Shown piece after piece: positions 8,489-19,437 of a stretch of DNA of 23,907 bases. Each line of letters starts with the position of its first letter. Within the stretch, counting starts at the first letter, position 1. The notes beneath the pieces are model-generated. The model did not search any database and was not told the origin of the DNA. It worked only from the letters and a program-made list of their open reading frames with translations. The DNA comes from Azolla caroliniana (lineage: Eukaryota > Plantae > Polypodiophyta), in the NCBI GenBank assembly GCA_043228905.1, contig JBHGNT010000462.1, positions 1-23,907 of the forward strand. The letters are read 5' to 3'. Made by a program: the position numbers and the translations under genes.

Positions 8489-10590
8489 TTACGCTTCGTC
8501 CAAAATGTCCAGAATGATTTGCTCCAAAATTTCCAATGGCTCGTTGGGAATTTGTTGTTGTTGCTGTGGCTGTTGTTGTTGTTCCGTTTGTGGCTGTGGC
8601 TGCTGCTCCGTTTGTGGCTCTGGCACCGGCGTTTCCTTCGTTGGTTCCTCCGTCGGAGTTGTCTGTGGCTGACTGACCCCGGCCTGTTCCCCCTCTGGTC
8701 CTTGCACCGGCGATGGTTCCTCATCACTAAGGTTGACCGTTGCCGCCTTTCACGCTTTTTCTTCCCGGAGCCGGGACCGCTGATAGCTTTCGAACTGGAT
8801 TTGAGCCTCCAGCCGATCATCGTCCAGTTGAGCTACAAGCTGTCGGACCTGCACCAATTGTTCATCCACCAGGGCTGTGAAATCTTCCGCCAGCTCATCC
8901 CTTATGGCGGTGAAGTTCTCCGACGTCAGCGTATAACAGTCGTCGCCCTCCTTTCGCCGGTTTTCCACGTCCGCCCTAAGCAATTGGAGTTCCGCCGTAT
9001 TCTGCGCCCATTTCGCCCACCAACGCACCGAGTTGTCGTCAATCAAGCTTTTGGTCTTAGTGAACCATGACCGGAGGATGCACTGGATCCGTTCGGCTCC
9101 CATTTGTGATTTTTTTCTGCGGCTTGTCGCTCTTCCTTCAATTGCTTGATGATCCGAACCGTGTCCGCCTCCTGCTCCCTATAATGCGACAATTGATTTT
9201 GATAGGTTGTTTGCAACCTCTGTAATACCATTGTCGCTCTTTCCTTGTCTTCATGGTTCTGTTTGTGGAGCTCCATCCGGTCATTCGTCGCTTCCTCCAA
9301 TAGCCTGGAACTTTCCGCTCGTTCTTCGGTGAGTGCCGTTGTGGCCCTATCAACTTCTTGCCGGAGCTCGGCCATCTGTTCTTGTTGTTGCTTATGCTCC
9401 GTCTCCAGCTGCTTGTAGTCCCGATGCAGATGATCGAAATCATCGGTCTTCTGCTTCAGCCTTTGGTTGATCTGCCGGCGCGCGCGATCCTCCCGGTCCT
9501 TCTATTGCCAGAGTTCTTCCTTCAGCCTCTCGATTTCCGTTTCCGCCATCCGTCACAACTTATCTTTTTCTTGCAGCAATTTATCCTTCTCCTCCTTCAG
9601 CCGGTCATAAGCATGATGTCCTTTACATAGGTTTTCCTCTGCCCGGCGAAAGTTCTCAGCAGTCTTTTTTAATTCTTCTTCGGCCGCCTTCTTCAAGTCG
9701 TGTTCGCGGCTCTGTAATGCTTCTTCTGCGGCGAGCTCATCTCGTAATTCCGCAAGCTCTTGGGCTTGCACCGCATCTTTCTCCGGGACAGTTTGTGTCT
9801 CCGAGGTCTTATTCTTCTGTACATCAACCGGAGTCACTAGTGCTTGGATCTGCGTTGTGGTTAAGGCCATTTTGGTCATATCTCCTATGATCCGATCCAA
9901 GTCTTGTTCGAGGCACCGGATCCTTGACTGGGCCGTCTCCAGTTCATCGGTTGTGACGAGCAACCGTTCCGTTTGCGCTCTTTCCTCCGCCTCTATGCAT
10001 CCGACTACTCCGGAAATTTGGTCTCCTATCCACCGGAGCCATTGGCTGCCGGTGCACCGTTGTTGCGCTTGCACGGAGAGTTGGCTGATGGGTTCATTCG
10101 CCGGTGGCTGGTCTCGCCTTACTGCGTCGAGCTGCGCTGACTACTTTGCCGTTCTGGCTCTGAGTGTGTTTCGGCTAGTCGCCCCTTGTCTGCTTGTTCT
10201 TGGCCGGCTGGGGTGGTTGGCCTTTGTATATCCGGCTCTTGGGTGACGGGGCTTGCCTGTGCTGCCTGTTGTGCCGGGACTTCTGTGACCAGTTCCATCC
10301 GAACCGGTTCCAGTGCCTGCCTTGGCATGGGTTGCTCAGCGTGAGTTGCGGGCGTTTCATCCTTCTGTGGGTCCGAACGCTTCCCGACTGATTTAGCGGT
10401 GCTCTTCACCGGCCGCCGCTGGAGGTGCTCCGTGGGTTCTTCCTCCATTTCTTCTGCCTGAGTCCCGACATTCATTCTTGCCACCAAGGTATCCGTTTCC
10501 TGTTGCACTAGTTAGTGGAGTGGGCTCTTCCGAGGCCGTGCCGGTGTTTCCTCAGTTGTATCCGTCGTCTTCACCGGTTGCCGTTATGGT
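8489..10590 (-). pseudogene. Element B extra ORF: ~700-aa disordered and coiled-coil protein relic
   Basis: Consecutive same-strand fragments 10508-10119, 10074-9553, 9375-9043, 9103-8750 and 8707-8489 can be joined by C>T stops and single frameshifts; E/Q/K/R-rich; the start is uncertain. Confidence 0.75.
8550..8625 (-). repeat. Short coding repeat PEPQTEQQ/PQPQTEQQQQ and CAA run
   Basis: Repeated CCACAAACGGA(G/A)CA(G/A)CA units on the minus strand. Confidence 0.7.
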
Positions 10591-13500
10591 TGGCTTGCCG
10601 GCGTCTGATTCGGTGGCGGCCCTTCGTTCAAATGGGTTCTTAGGCATAGGTCCTTTGTATGGTTTTAGTCTAAATCCGTTGACCCTTTAACCCAGCACTT
10701 CTCCGGCAAGTGTCCCCAACTGGTAGGACCTATTGAACTCGCGTGTGATCCAGTACGGTCCGGTCCATCTAAACCGTAGTTACTTGGCATTTTGCCCATC
10801 CGGGTCTGGAACAAGAGTATCGGCTTGCCGGTTTCGAACATCTTTTTGTTTCCCTTCCGGTGCCGATCTACAAATGCTTTCCGTCTCCGTTGTTCCAATT
10901 CCAGGTGCATAATGCTTGCCAGTCCGTGTTCTTCCAATTCACACAGAGCCTTTAACCGAATTGCCTCCGATTCCTTTTCGTTCAATCGTTCCCGAATCTG
11001 AATCCGTAAGCTTGGTACCTGGAACTCGACCGGTATGACTGCCTCTAATCCGAATGCTAACCGGAACGGTGTTGTTCGGATGCTTGTTTTGTACGCTGTC
11101 TGGTAAGCCCAGAGCGCATTGTGCAGCTTCGTGTCCCAATCTGTTCAATTTTCATTGACGATCTTCCGGAGGATATTCTGTAGCGTTTTGTTCGTCGACT
11201 AAGCTAACCCATTTGCTTGTGGATAGTACGGTGTGCTTCGTTTATGTACTATTGCATAGAACGTCGTCAAACTTTGTACCACCTGTCCAAGAAAGTGCCC
11301 TCCTTGGTCGCTTATTAGCTCTATGGGGCATCCGTACCGGCACCAAATGCATTCGTATAAGAATTTTTCCATTGACGCCGTGGTGTTGTCTCGTAGGGCT
11401 TTCGTTTCCACCCACTTAGTGCAGTAATCCGTCGCGACGATCACGTATCGGTTTCCGGTTCTCATTGCCGGTGGTTTAAATGGCTCGACAAAATCCAGCC
11501 CCCATTTCTGGAATGGTTCTAGTGGTAGGACTAGCTGGTGTGGCATCTGAGCTTGTTCTGTTGGCTGACCCATTCGTTGGCATAGATCACACTCCTTCAC
11601 ATACCAGACTGCATCTTTCAATGTGGTCGGCCACCATAGGCCACTTTGCCATACTTTCCTTGCCGTCGCATCTCCAGCATAATGGCCTCTGGAGACTCCA
11701 CAGTGTGCCTCCCGTAGTATTACCTCCTTCTCGTAGCTGCGCACCACTCGTCGCCAGATACTGTCCACACCTTTGTGGTATAGCGTGTCCTGTAATAAAC
11801 AGAAGTGCCGGCTCTGTACCACTAGGCATTTTCTCTCATCCCGGTTCATATCCTCCAGAGGCAATCCGGTACTCAGAAACTGGTGCATATTAGTTAGCCA
11901 CTTATCTTCTTGTGCCACCGTTTCATTTGTTGCCATTTCCGTGGTGACTCGAAAAAGCTCTACATCCGGAAACTCATCCGGTACTCCGTCACTTGTCTCC
12001 CCGGAATCTAACCGGCTTAGATAATCTGCTACCACATGCTGTATGTCGGATCGGTGGAATATCTCGAATTCGAACTCTTGTAACAACAAAGTCCACCGGG
12101 CCAACTTACCGGTAAGTGACGCTTTGGATACTAGGTAGAGGAGTGCCGAATGGTCCACATGGAAGGAGAACCTTCTTCCCAATAAATAATGCCTGAATTT
12201 TGTTACACTGTAGATCATTCCTAAAGCTTCCCTTTCCGTGGTAGAATAATTTCGTTCCGCTTGGGATAGCTTCCGGCTGGCATAGTACACTAGCTGGTAC
12301 TACCTTGGCTCGGTAAGCTGCATGAGCACGTTGCCGATTGCGATATCGGAGGCGTCCACGAACACATGAAACTGTTTACTCCAATCCGGAGGCTGCACTA
12401 CCGGTGCTTGTGACAATAACACCTTTAGTGCCCGGTACGCCTTGTCTTCGATGTCGGTCCATTGGAACGGTGTTCGATGTACTGCCGCATGCAGAGGTGT
12501 AGCCAGGTCTGCCAAATATCGGAGCATACGGCTATGCCAACGGATTTGTCCTAGGAAACGGCTCAATGCCTTTGCCGTTGCTGGTGCCGTGCTTCCAGGA
12601 TTGCTTTCACTTTGTCCAGATCTACGGCAATGCCTTCCTTGCTCACTATATGCCCTAGTAACATTCCGCTGGACACTCCAAATACACACTTCGCCGGATT
12701 CAGGCTTAGCCGGTACGCCCTACACTTCTCTAGACATAGTCTGAGATGCTGCAAATGATCTTCTTCTCTGCTATGGACGGCGAAGTTGTCAAGGAACACC
12801 TGCATAAAAGCCGGAATGTATTCGCCAAAGATCTCCATGATGATCCGTTGGAATGTTGCTGGTGCCGTTTTCAACCCGAACATCATCACCACCGCAACAA
12901 ACACTCCCCATTCAGTGACGAAAGTTGTTTTCTCTTGATCCTCAGGGTGCATCCGGATCTGATTATACCCGTTGAATCCGTCTAAGAAATTGTAGATTTC
13001 ATGGCCGACGATGGCATACAATACTCCATCCGTAAACGGAAGTGGAAATGCATTTGTTACTGTTGCCGCATTGAGCTTCCGGTAGTCGACACAAACTCTA
13101 ATTTTGCCGTTCTTTTTCGGTACGACTACAATCGGGCTCAACCATGTAGATTTCTTTACGGGACGGATGAAGCCAACCGTCATCAATTTGTCAATCTCCT
13201 CCTTGACTTTGGCGGCGTAGTTTGGGTTCATCCGGTACCAACACTGTGCTACCGGCTTGGCATCTTTGCTCAGATGTATCTGGTGCTGATACAACTAAGG
13301 ATCCAGGCCTCTCATATCCTCGTAAGACCAGGCAAAGATGTCACGAAACTCGTTGAGTGTAATTATCGCAGTTTTGTTCTCTGCATTCATTTCTTTGGCG
13401 ATGTGCACCGGTTTTGCCTCCTCCGTCGTTCCTAGGTTTACCTCTTCTAATTGGGACAGTTTTACGCTCTGGGATACAGTCATTTCCCTTTCCAACGCCT

Positions 13501-14100
13501 CTTGCGCATGCCGTAACTCCCGGATTGCTTCTTTATCCAGTTCCGCTTCGGTTTCGTCTAGTTGCAGTAAGTAGGGTGATACCGCTTCGGCGACGTCAAT
13601 TTCGAATAGGGGTACAATCTTTGGGTTTTCCAGCAGGTACTGCTCTTCTTCTTCGTCTGCTAATCCTTCCAGCATATTGACACACTCCGCATATAACGGT
13701 GTCAGATCCTTGCCGGTGCCCTTCCTTGGTTGTGTTGGTACCCGTACCTTCGCTTTTCCCCACCGGAACGTAATCATATTCCTCCTCCAGTTCTGCTTGA
13801 TATGTGTTGTCTTTAACCAAGGGCGTCCCAACAATAATGGGTACGCTCCTTGAGCCTGCAACCGGAGAACTACGACTGAGATTCGGAATGTGTGGCCCCC
13901 GATGGTTACTTCCAAGTTCCGTATTAATCCTGTCGGTCGCACCGAGCTTGTGTCCGCCATTCGGAGCTTGTGTCCCACTCTTGGATTCCAAGAGCATCGC
14001 ACGTCCGGAGGTTGAATAAATTAATGCCCAAGCCTCCGTCTATTATCGTGCCGAGGAGTTCTTTCCCTTTCACAATGGTTGTAATTGTCGGACGGTTGGT
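10552..14100 (-). pseudogene. pol: Element B pol: protease, RT, RNase H, integrase
   Basis: IIDGG.G.NL and LLLGRPWL (protease); RVCVDYRKLN and FLDN, a mutated DD (RT); VDASD..NYSTTEREAL (RNase H); H-H-C-C, WGLDF, SDQG, YYPQANG, WTGPY and VNGFRLKPY (integrase); several frameshifts. Confidence 0.95.
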
Positions 14101-16226
14101 GTCCACCATGGCCGGTCCTTCCTTCGGATTTGAGAAGAATGTCGTAGCCGGTGGTGTGCCACCTGTCATCATGCCGGGCTTGAGTCCTTCTGTGAATCTT
14201 GGTACTAGCTGCAAGAGTCGTCCTAACGGCAGCGTGATCTGGCATTCCTGCAATGCCTGCCATGTCGCGTTTTCGGACTGACTGCCGCCGGCGAGCTCCT
14301 CGGTGTTCTCCTTTTGTTGCGCGAGTTCTGCTACGTTTCGCTCGTTTGCCTTTTTCACCTATTTTGTCGCTTGTTTCCAGATGGCCTCTTGTGTCTCCCA
14401 TTCTGTCGTCTTGCCCTTTCACCTTGTGGTGACCTGCTGGAGGTCTGCGACTTCGGCGACTACCATGTTTACGGCCGGTCGTTTATCATAGCTCTTTGCT
14501 GGACATTGATTACTATAATGTCCTTCTTGCCGGCAGTAATAGCAATATGCTTTCTGGGTGTTGCTAGAGGACTTGTGGTAACTGCAGGGCTCTGGTCTGG
14601 TTGGCTGCTTGAGGCGCCTTTTTCCGGTTCGCGTGGGTGGCTCCCGTTTTTGAAATGCCGTTTTTTATTAAAGTTCTTTTTGTTGCGGTACCCTTGTCGG
14701 GGTTGGTCGTCATACCTCCCGGAATCTTCCCGTCGTTGGTGATACCCGGGGGAGTGATCCCGGTTGTGATGCTCGTACCGTCCATTGTAATCTCGGTACT
14801 TGTCATATCTCTTGTACCGGTCATAGTTGTCTCACCGATTGTCATACCGGACATCTTGTGCCGGTCGATATCGCTCCTCTCGTCGCTAGCGTTCGTCTTC
14901 TTCGTCTCGGCTGCTACGTGGCTCGATTTGCCGGACTGGTGGAGCTTGCTCATTAAATAAGTTATATTCACACCAGTCCATCGTGTGGCTCGTAGATTGG
15001 CAGAGTAAGCAGTGCGTCCGCACGGTGCAGTCTAGTGACGAGTGTCCGGAATTCAAGCAGGTCGTGCATTGGATTGGTTGCCGGAAACGGAGATCCTCAT
15101 CGGTTGGTAATGCTCGTTGGACGGCTCCCATTATTAGCCAAGAGCTCGTTTTCTCCATTTCTCTAACCCAGTCGATGACCTGGTTGACGGTGCTTGTGCA
15201 AAAGTCGATGACCGTGCATATCGTTCGTAGAGGTTCTCGAAGTGCGGCTAAAAATATAGCCCGCGTTTCCTCCTCCGGAGGTGCGTGGGTAAGTTGACTG
15301 TGCATCCGTTGAAACAGGATGACAAACTGTGGGATGCTCTCCTCGGGGTCCTGCTGAATTATATAAAATAAGCCCACCATTTCTCGCTGATCCATCTCCT
15401 TCTGGAAGAAGTGCAAGAATTTGTCTTTCAGGTCCGCAAAGGTGGTGATGGTGCTGTGATCCTGCGTCTGGTGCCATCTGGCGGCCGGTCCTTCTAATGT
15501 CACGCCGAATTCGGCTATCTTAAATCGTTCCTCTTCTGCCGCGGTTAACCGTAGTGACACGTGGTTCGCTTCGCATGTTTGTTCAAACGCGTGAACATGA
15601 GCCTCCGCGTCCGGGTCATCCTGATACTTGGAGTATTGGAACGACATGTCATCGTCCGGTGTCGGTACGCGGGCTGGCGGTGTCAGTGGTCTTTCCTGTT
15701 GTTCCGTCGGCGTCTGAAGTCTTTGCTGGTCTTCCTTTGGTGTTGCCGGCTCTACTTCTGGTGTTGGAGGTTTTTGTCGGTGCACTTCCGTATCCGGAGG
15801 TTGGTCCACGACGAGTGCCGGAGGTTCCCGGTCTGCCAACTCTGGTTCTGGTGTCGGTAAGGTATCCGACTCCTCGTCCTCCGGTCCTCCTGAGGTGTCG
15901 TTACTGTTGCAATAGTTCGTATGCGCACTATAACCCCCTTCCGAATCTGATTCCAGTGCTGAAAATGCTTCGGATTCGCCGTCTCTTCCGGCCAAGGCCT
16001 GGAGAAGGGTTTCCACTTCCCGGAGGCTGCTTAAGCTGCTTCCTTCATCCGGGTAGGCGTTTTCTTGCAAACGGAGCAACTCCTCCACCACTTTGCGGAT
16101 CACTTTGGAAAATGATCGATCCATTCGGATTTCTTCCGCTGCTTGCTGGAAAGCCTCTTGCCACCGTCTCCATTCAACAAGTCTTCGTGCTCTCTCCGTA
16201 ACTGGGTCATCTGTTGGCCTAGTCAT
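14101..16226 (-). pseudogene. gag: Element B gag with three CCHC zinc knuckles
   Basis: 446-aa ORF with capsid-like EAHVHAFE...LEGPAARW; knuckles at 15027-15068, 14970-15011 and 14503-14544; stop at 14886 and a frameshift near 14560. Confidence 0.88.
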
Positions 16227-16264
16227 CCATTCCTGCCGCTGTTCACTGCAATTATGCAGGAATC

Positions 16265-16274
16265 GTGGTCGCCA
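16265..16274 (-). promoter_or_regulatory. Element B primer-binding site (tRNA-Arg(TCG)-like)
   Basis: TGGCGACCAC on the minus strand, 7 nt inside the 5' LTR after a T run, just upstream of gag. Confidence 0.7.
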
Positions 16275-16281
16275 AAAACTG

Positions 16282-16672
16282 TGTTATTGCTAGGGCCGGA
16301 CAACAGCCTAACACAGGGTGTCCACTTAAGACACTTTACCAAAGGGTGGTACGGCAGAATGATTTATGGCACAACGCTTAATTAGACCTTAATTGGTTAC
16401 TTGGTCATCCGTAATTAACACGCGTAAGATATAACAATGAATACAGAACGGTAATCAACACTGGAAGATTAAGACAATAAGCTTTATTAATTATCCGCTC
16501 TTGATTACATTGTAACTGGGCCTTTATATAGGTCTCCGGTGCGAAATACAAAACGGTGCCAACCACATCTTCTTATATAATATTATATATTAAGACTACT
16601 AATTACAACAGTTCCCAAATAACTATTCCTTTCACACTCTGGTTTGGACCTCCTTAAGCCTTCTTGCCGGCC
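16282..16672 (-). repeat. Element B 5' LTR (391 bp; 60-bp internal deletion, outer 7 bp missing)
   Basis: Matches 7975-8434 but lacks the equivalent of 8258-8317 and the terminal GGTAACA. Confidence 0.95.
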
Positions 16673-17116
16673 CTTGAAAATCATCTAAAATAGACTCGAG
16701 TAATCGTTGTTCATAATGTGGTAATGGTGTGGCGTCAATATTAAAATAATAAAATTAAAGCGCAGGATCAATTACACACGAATAAATTATTGAACTAGAA
16801 TACTCACTTAAAGATTTAGAAGACACAAGTGAACGAGAAGGAAGTTTGGAACATTGAATAAAATGTTTACAATTATTAAGTTCAAATGTGATTGAGTGAT
16901 TAACCCAATCAATGGACAAAGAAGGGTTTTTATTAAAAAACCAAGGCTATCCTAAAATGACATATGCGGATTGTAGTTTCATAACATGAAAGTCAAGCTT
17001 CTCCAAATATGTATCTATTTGACTTGGTAGTTGACAAACAATGTCACTGATGTATTGAACACTTCCATTTTCCATGTGAACTTGATAGATCTGATCACTT
17101 GCGTTTATGTGGAGTT
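16673..17116 (-). pseudogene. pol: Gypsy A2 protease C-half and linker (includes the duplicated 278 bp)
   Basis: Translates to YQVHMENGSV...IDTYLEKLDFHVMKL..VILG*PWFFNKNPSLSIDWVNHSI, paralogous to 17900-18320. Confidence 0.85.
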
Positions 17117-19437
17117 CCATTTGCTGATTTTCTCAATGCGAGAAGGATCAATTTCAACTCCTCATTCGGTTATGAGATGTCCAAGATAAGTAATTGATTT
17201 CTTGAAGAACTCACATTTTGAGATCTTTGCATAAAACTGTTTGTCACGCAATGTTTGTAAAACAAAGCGGACATGTCTAGCATGTTCTTGTAATGTACAG
17301 CTATAAACTAAAATATCATCCAAGAAAATAACGACAAATTTTCCAAGTTGTTCTCGGAAAATGTCATTCATTTCTTGTTGAAAAGTAGTTGGAGCATTGG
17401 TCAAACCAAAAGGCATAACCAAAACTCGTAATGACCATAGCATGTACGAAATGTCGTTTTAGGAACATCGTCCTCACTTATTCGTATTTGATGGTAGCTA
17501 GTACGAAGATCAAGTTTCGTAAAATGCCGAGCTCCTTGGAGACGGTCAATTAGATCGTCAGCCTGGGGCAATGGGTACGAATTCTTGATCGTCACTTTAT
17601 TCAAGCGTCGGTAATTAATACACATACGCCATGTGCCCTCTTTCTTTTTAACCAAGAGAACTGGTGCACCCCATGGAGATTTACTATAACGTATATAACC
17701 CATTCGTAAATAGTCCTTGAGTTGCTTAGATACCTCATCTTCTTTGGATCAACTTAAGCGATACGGAGGTATACTTATTGGTGCAACACCAGGTACAATA
17801 TCTATACCATGGTCTATATTACGTTTAGGAGGTAACCCATCAGGTAGTTCACTTGGAAAAACATCATGAAAATCATTTAAGATTTCATCAAGTTGTTGTT
17901 GTTCAAAATATGTTAATTGAACTGGGACATTATCGATATTGTAAACGTGAATGTCCGGATCAAGTACACAATAAAATAACGTAGAACAAGACAACTCGGA
18001 TATTGATGGACACGAGGAAACAATCGAGAGGGATTGTTTTTTTACAAATTGAATAAAATGCGTACAATCGTTCAGTACAAAAGAAATGGAATGGCGAACC
18101 CAATCAATAAATAAAGAAGAGTTTTTATTATAAAACCAGGGATAACCCAGTATTACATCGGTGGTACAAAGATTCATTACATGGAAGTCTACTTCCTCTA
18201 TATAAGTATCAATAGCAATTCCTAATGAATGAATCGCCCCGTTGATGTATTCTACTCTTCCATCAGCGAAGTGCACCGTGTAGGTGTGATCACTTACGGT
18301 GGGTTGGATTCCCCATATCTGAACCAAACGATCATTCACAAAATTGTGTGAGCTTCCCGAATCAAATAAAAATTGTACGGGAGATCCATTGATATACCCG
18401 TTTGCACGTAGTAAATCATTGGGACCCAATACATAGTGAGGGAAAGAACATTGACAATTACTTAAATGATGTGTATAGACTTGAAGGACATTAGGAATCT
18501 GACCTTTATGGTCTGCAACTTTAGCTTTGTTGTCGTGCTCTTTCCGTTGGAGCTTTCGACATTGATCTTTTGTATGACCCTTCTTTTTGCAGAATACGCA
18601 AAAAGGATGTTGGCGCTTACAATCGCGATCCAGGAATTCGTTGGGTGTCTTGCGTTTCCCAACAAATTGCGATTGCTTAGTCCCAGGCACTTCGTTGGGT
18701 TTGTTGTGGTCCTTCTTCGAAGTGCGTTGATAGCGAAGAACTATTTCAACAGCATCTTCGAAGGATTTTGGATCCTTATCGTGCACTATCCAGTGATAGT
18801 CCGAATTGGGGATGCCATTGACAAAACAAGCTATCAACCAATTGTCCCCTTCAAGACCCGATTTTTGGATTTGGGTTCTAGCATGGTGAACATAGTCTTC
18901 TAGCGAGGAAAATTTCCTGCTAGAGAGGTTCATTAAAGTTTGTGCTGCCTCGGTTCGAGAGGGAGGTTGCAGAAATTGGCCCTTAAAAACCGTGACAAAA
19001 TCTGTCCAGGTATCGGGCAATTTCCCCATAGTACGGAGCCCACGCCACCAGGCGGCGGCCTTACCCCCGAGTTCTCGGCCGACATATGCAATCTTCATAC
19101 TATCTGGTGTGGGATAGAGCTCAAAATGAGACTCCCATCGTCCCAGCCATGTGCAGATTGCTTCTTCGTTTCTTTCCTTTTTGTCTCCCGTAAATGGCTT
19201 AACGACAAATGATGGTTCACCTTATCGCTCATCAGGTCTATTAGTCTCACGTTGTAGACTAATGACACGTGCCTCAAGAGCACTCTGAGATTGCCAAAGT
19301 TTGGTCATCTGTTGAGCGGTGAAACTAAGGTATTGGGTTATTTGTGCCAAATACATCTCAGTGGACATTTGTACAAGAGGATTTCCTTGAGTTCCTTCCG
19401 CTTGAGCGGATGACATCGGGCCGTTAATTTGAGCCAT
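17117..19437 (-). pseudogene. gag-pol: Gypsy A1 gag-protease-RT (RT truncated)
   Basis: ATG 19437; one frame with stops at 19222 and 17749; LGGKAAAWW, CVFCKKKGHTKDQC knuckle, LFDSGSSHNF protease, FLDDILVYS; frameshift near 17425. Confidence 0.93.

Larger units (their letters stand above)
7975..16672 (-). mobile_element. Near full-length non-chromoviral Ty3/Gypsy (Athila/Tat-like) element B with an extra 3' ORF
   Basis: Paired LTRs about 96% identical by manual count; gag, PR-RT-RH-INT with GPY/F motif, and an extra ORF after pol; no archaeal-type RNase H seen. Confidence 0.93.

Noticed and set aside
8484-8490. AAAAGGG (minus strand) as the PPT of element B
   Set aside because: Only 7-8 purines and about 50 nt from the LTR edge; priming there would not produce the observed LTR boundary.
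8436-9630. Hydrophobic or Cys-rich plus-strand ORFs (8447-9070, 8436-8672, 9358-9630) as env or membrane proteins
   Set aside because: They are antisense shadows of Q/E/K-rich codons of the minus-strand extra ORF.
11213-16385. Numerous plus-strand ORFs over element B gag-pol
   Set aside because: Antisense to recognisable gag/pol domains, with no independent motifs.
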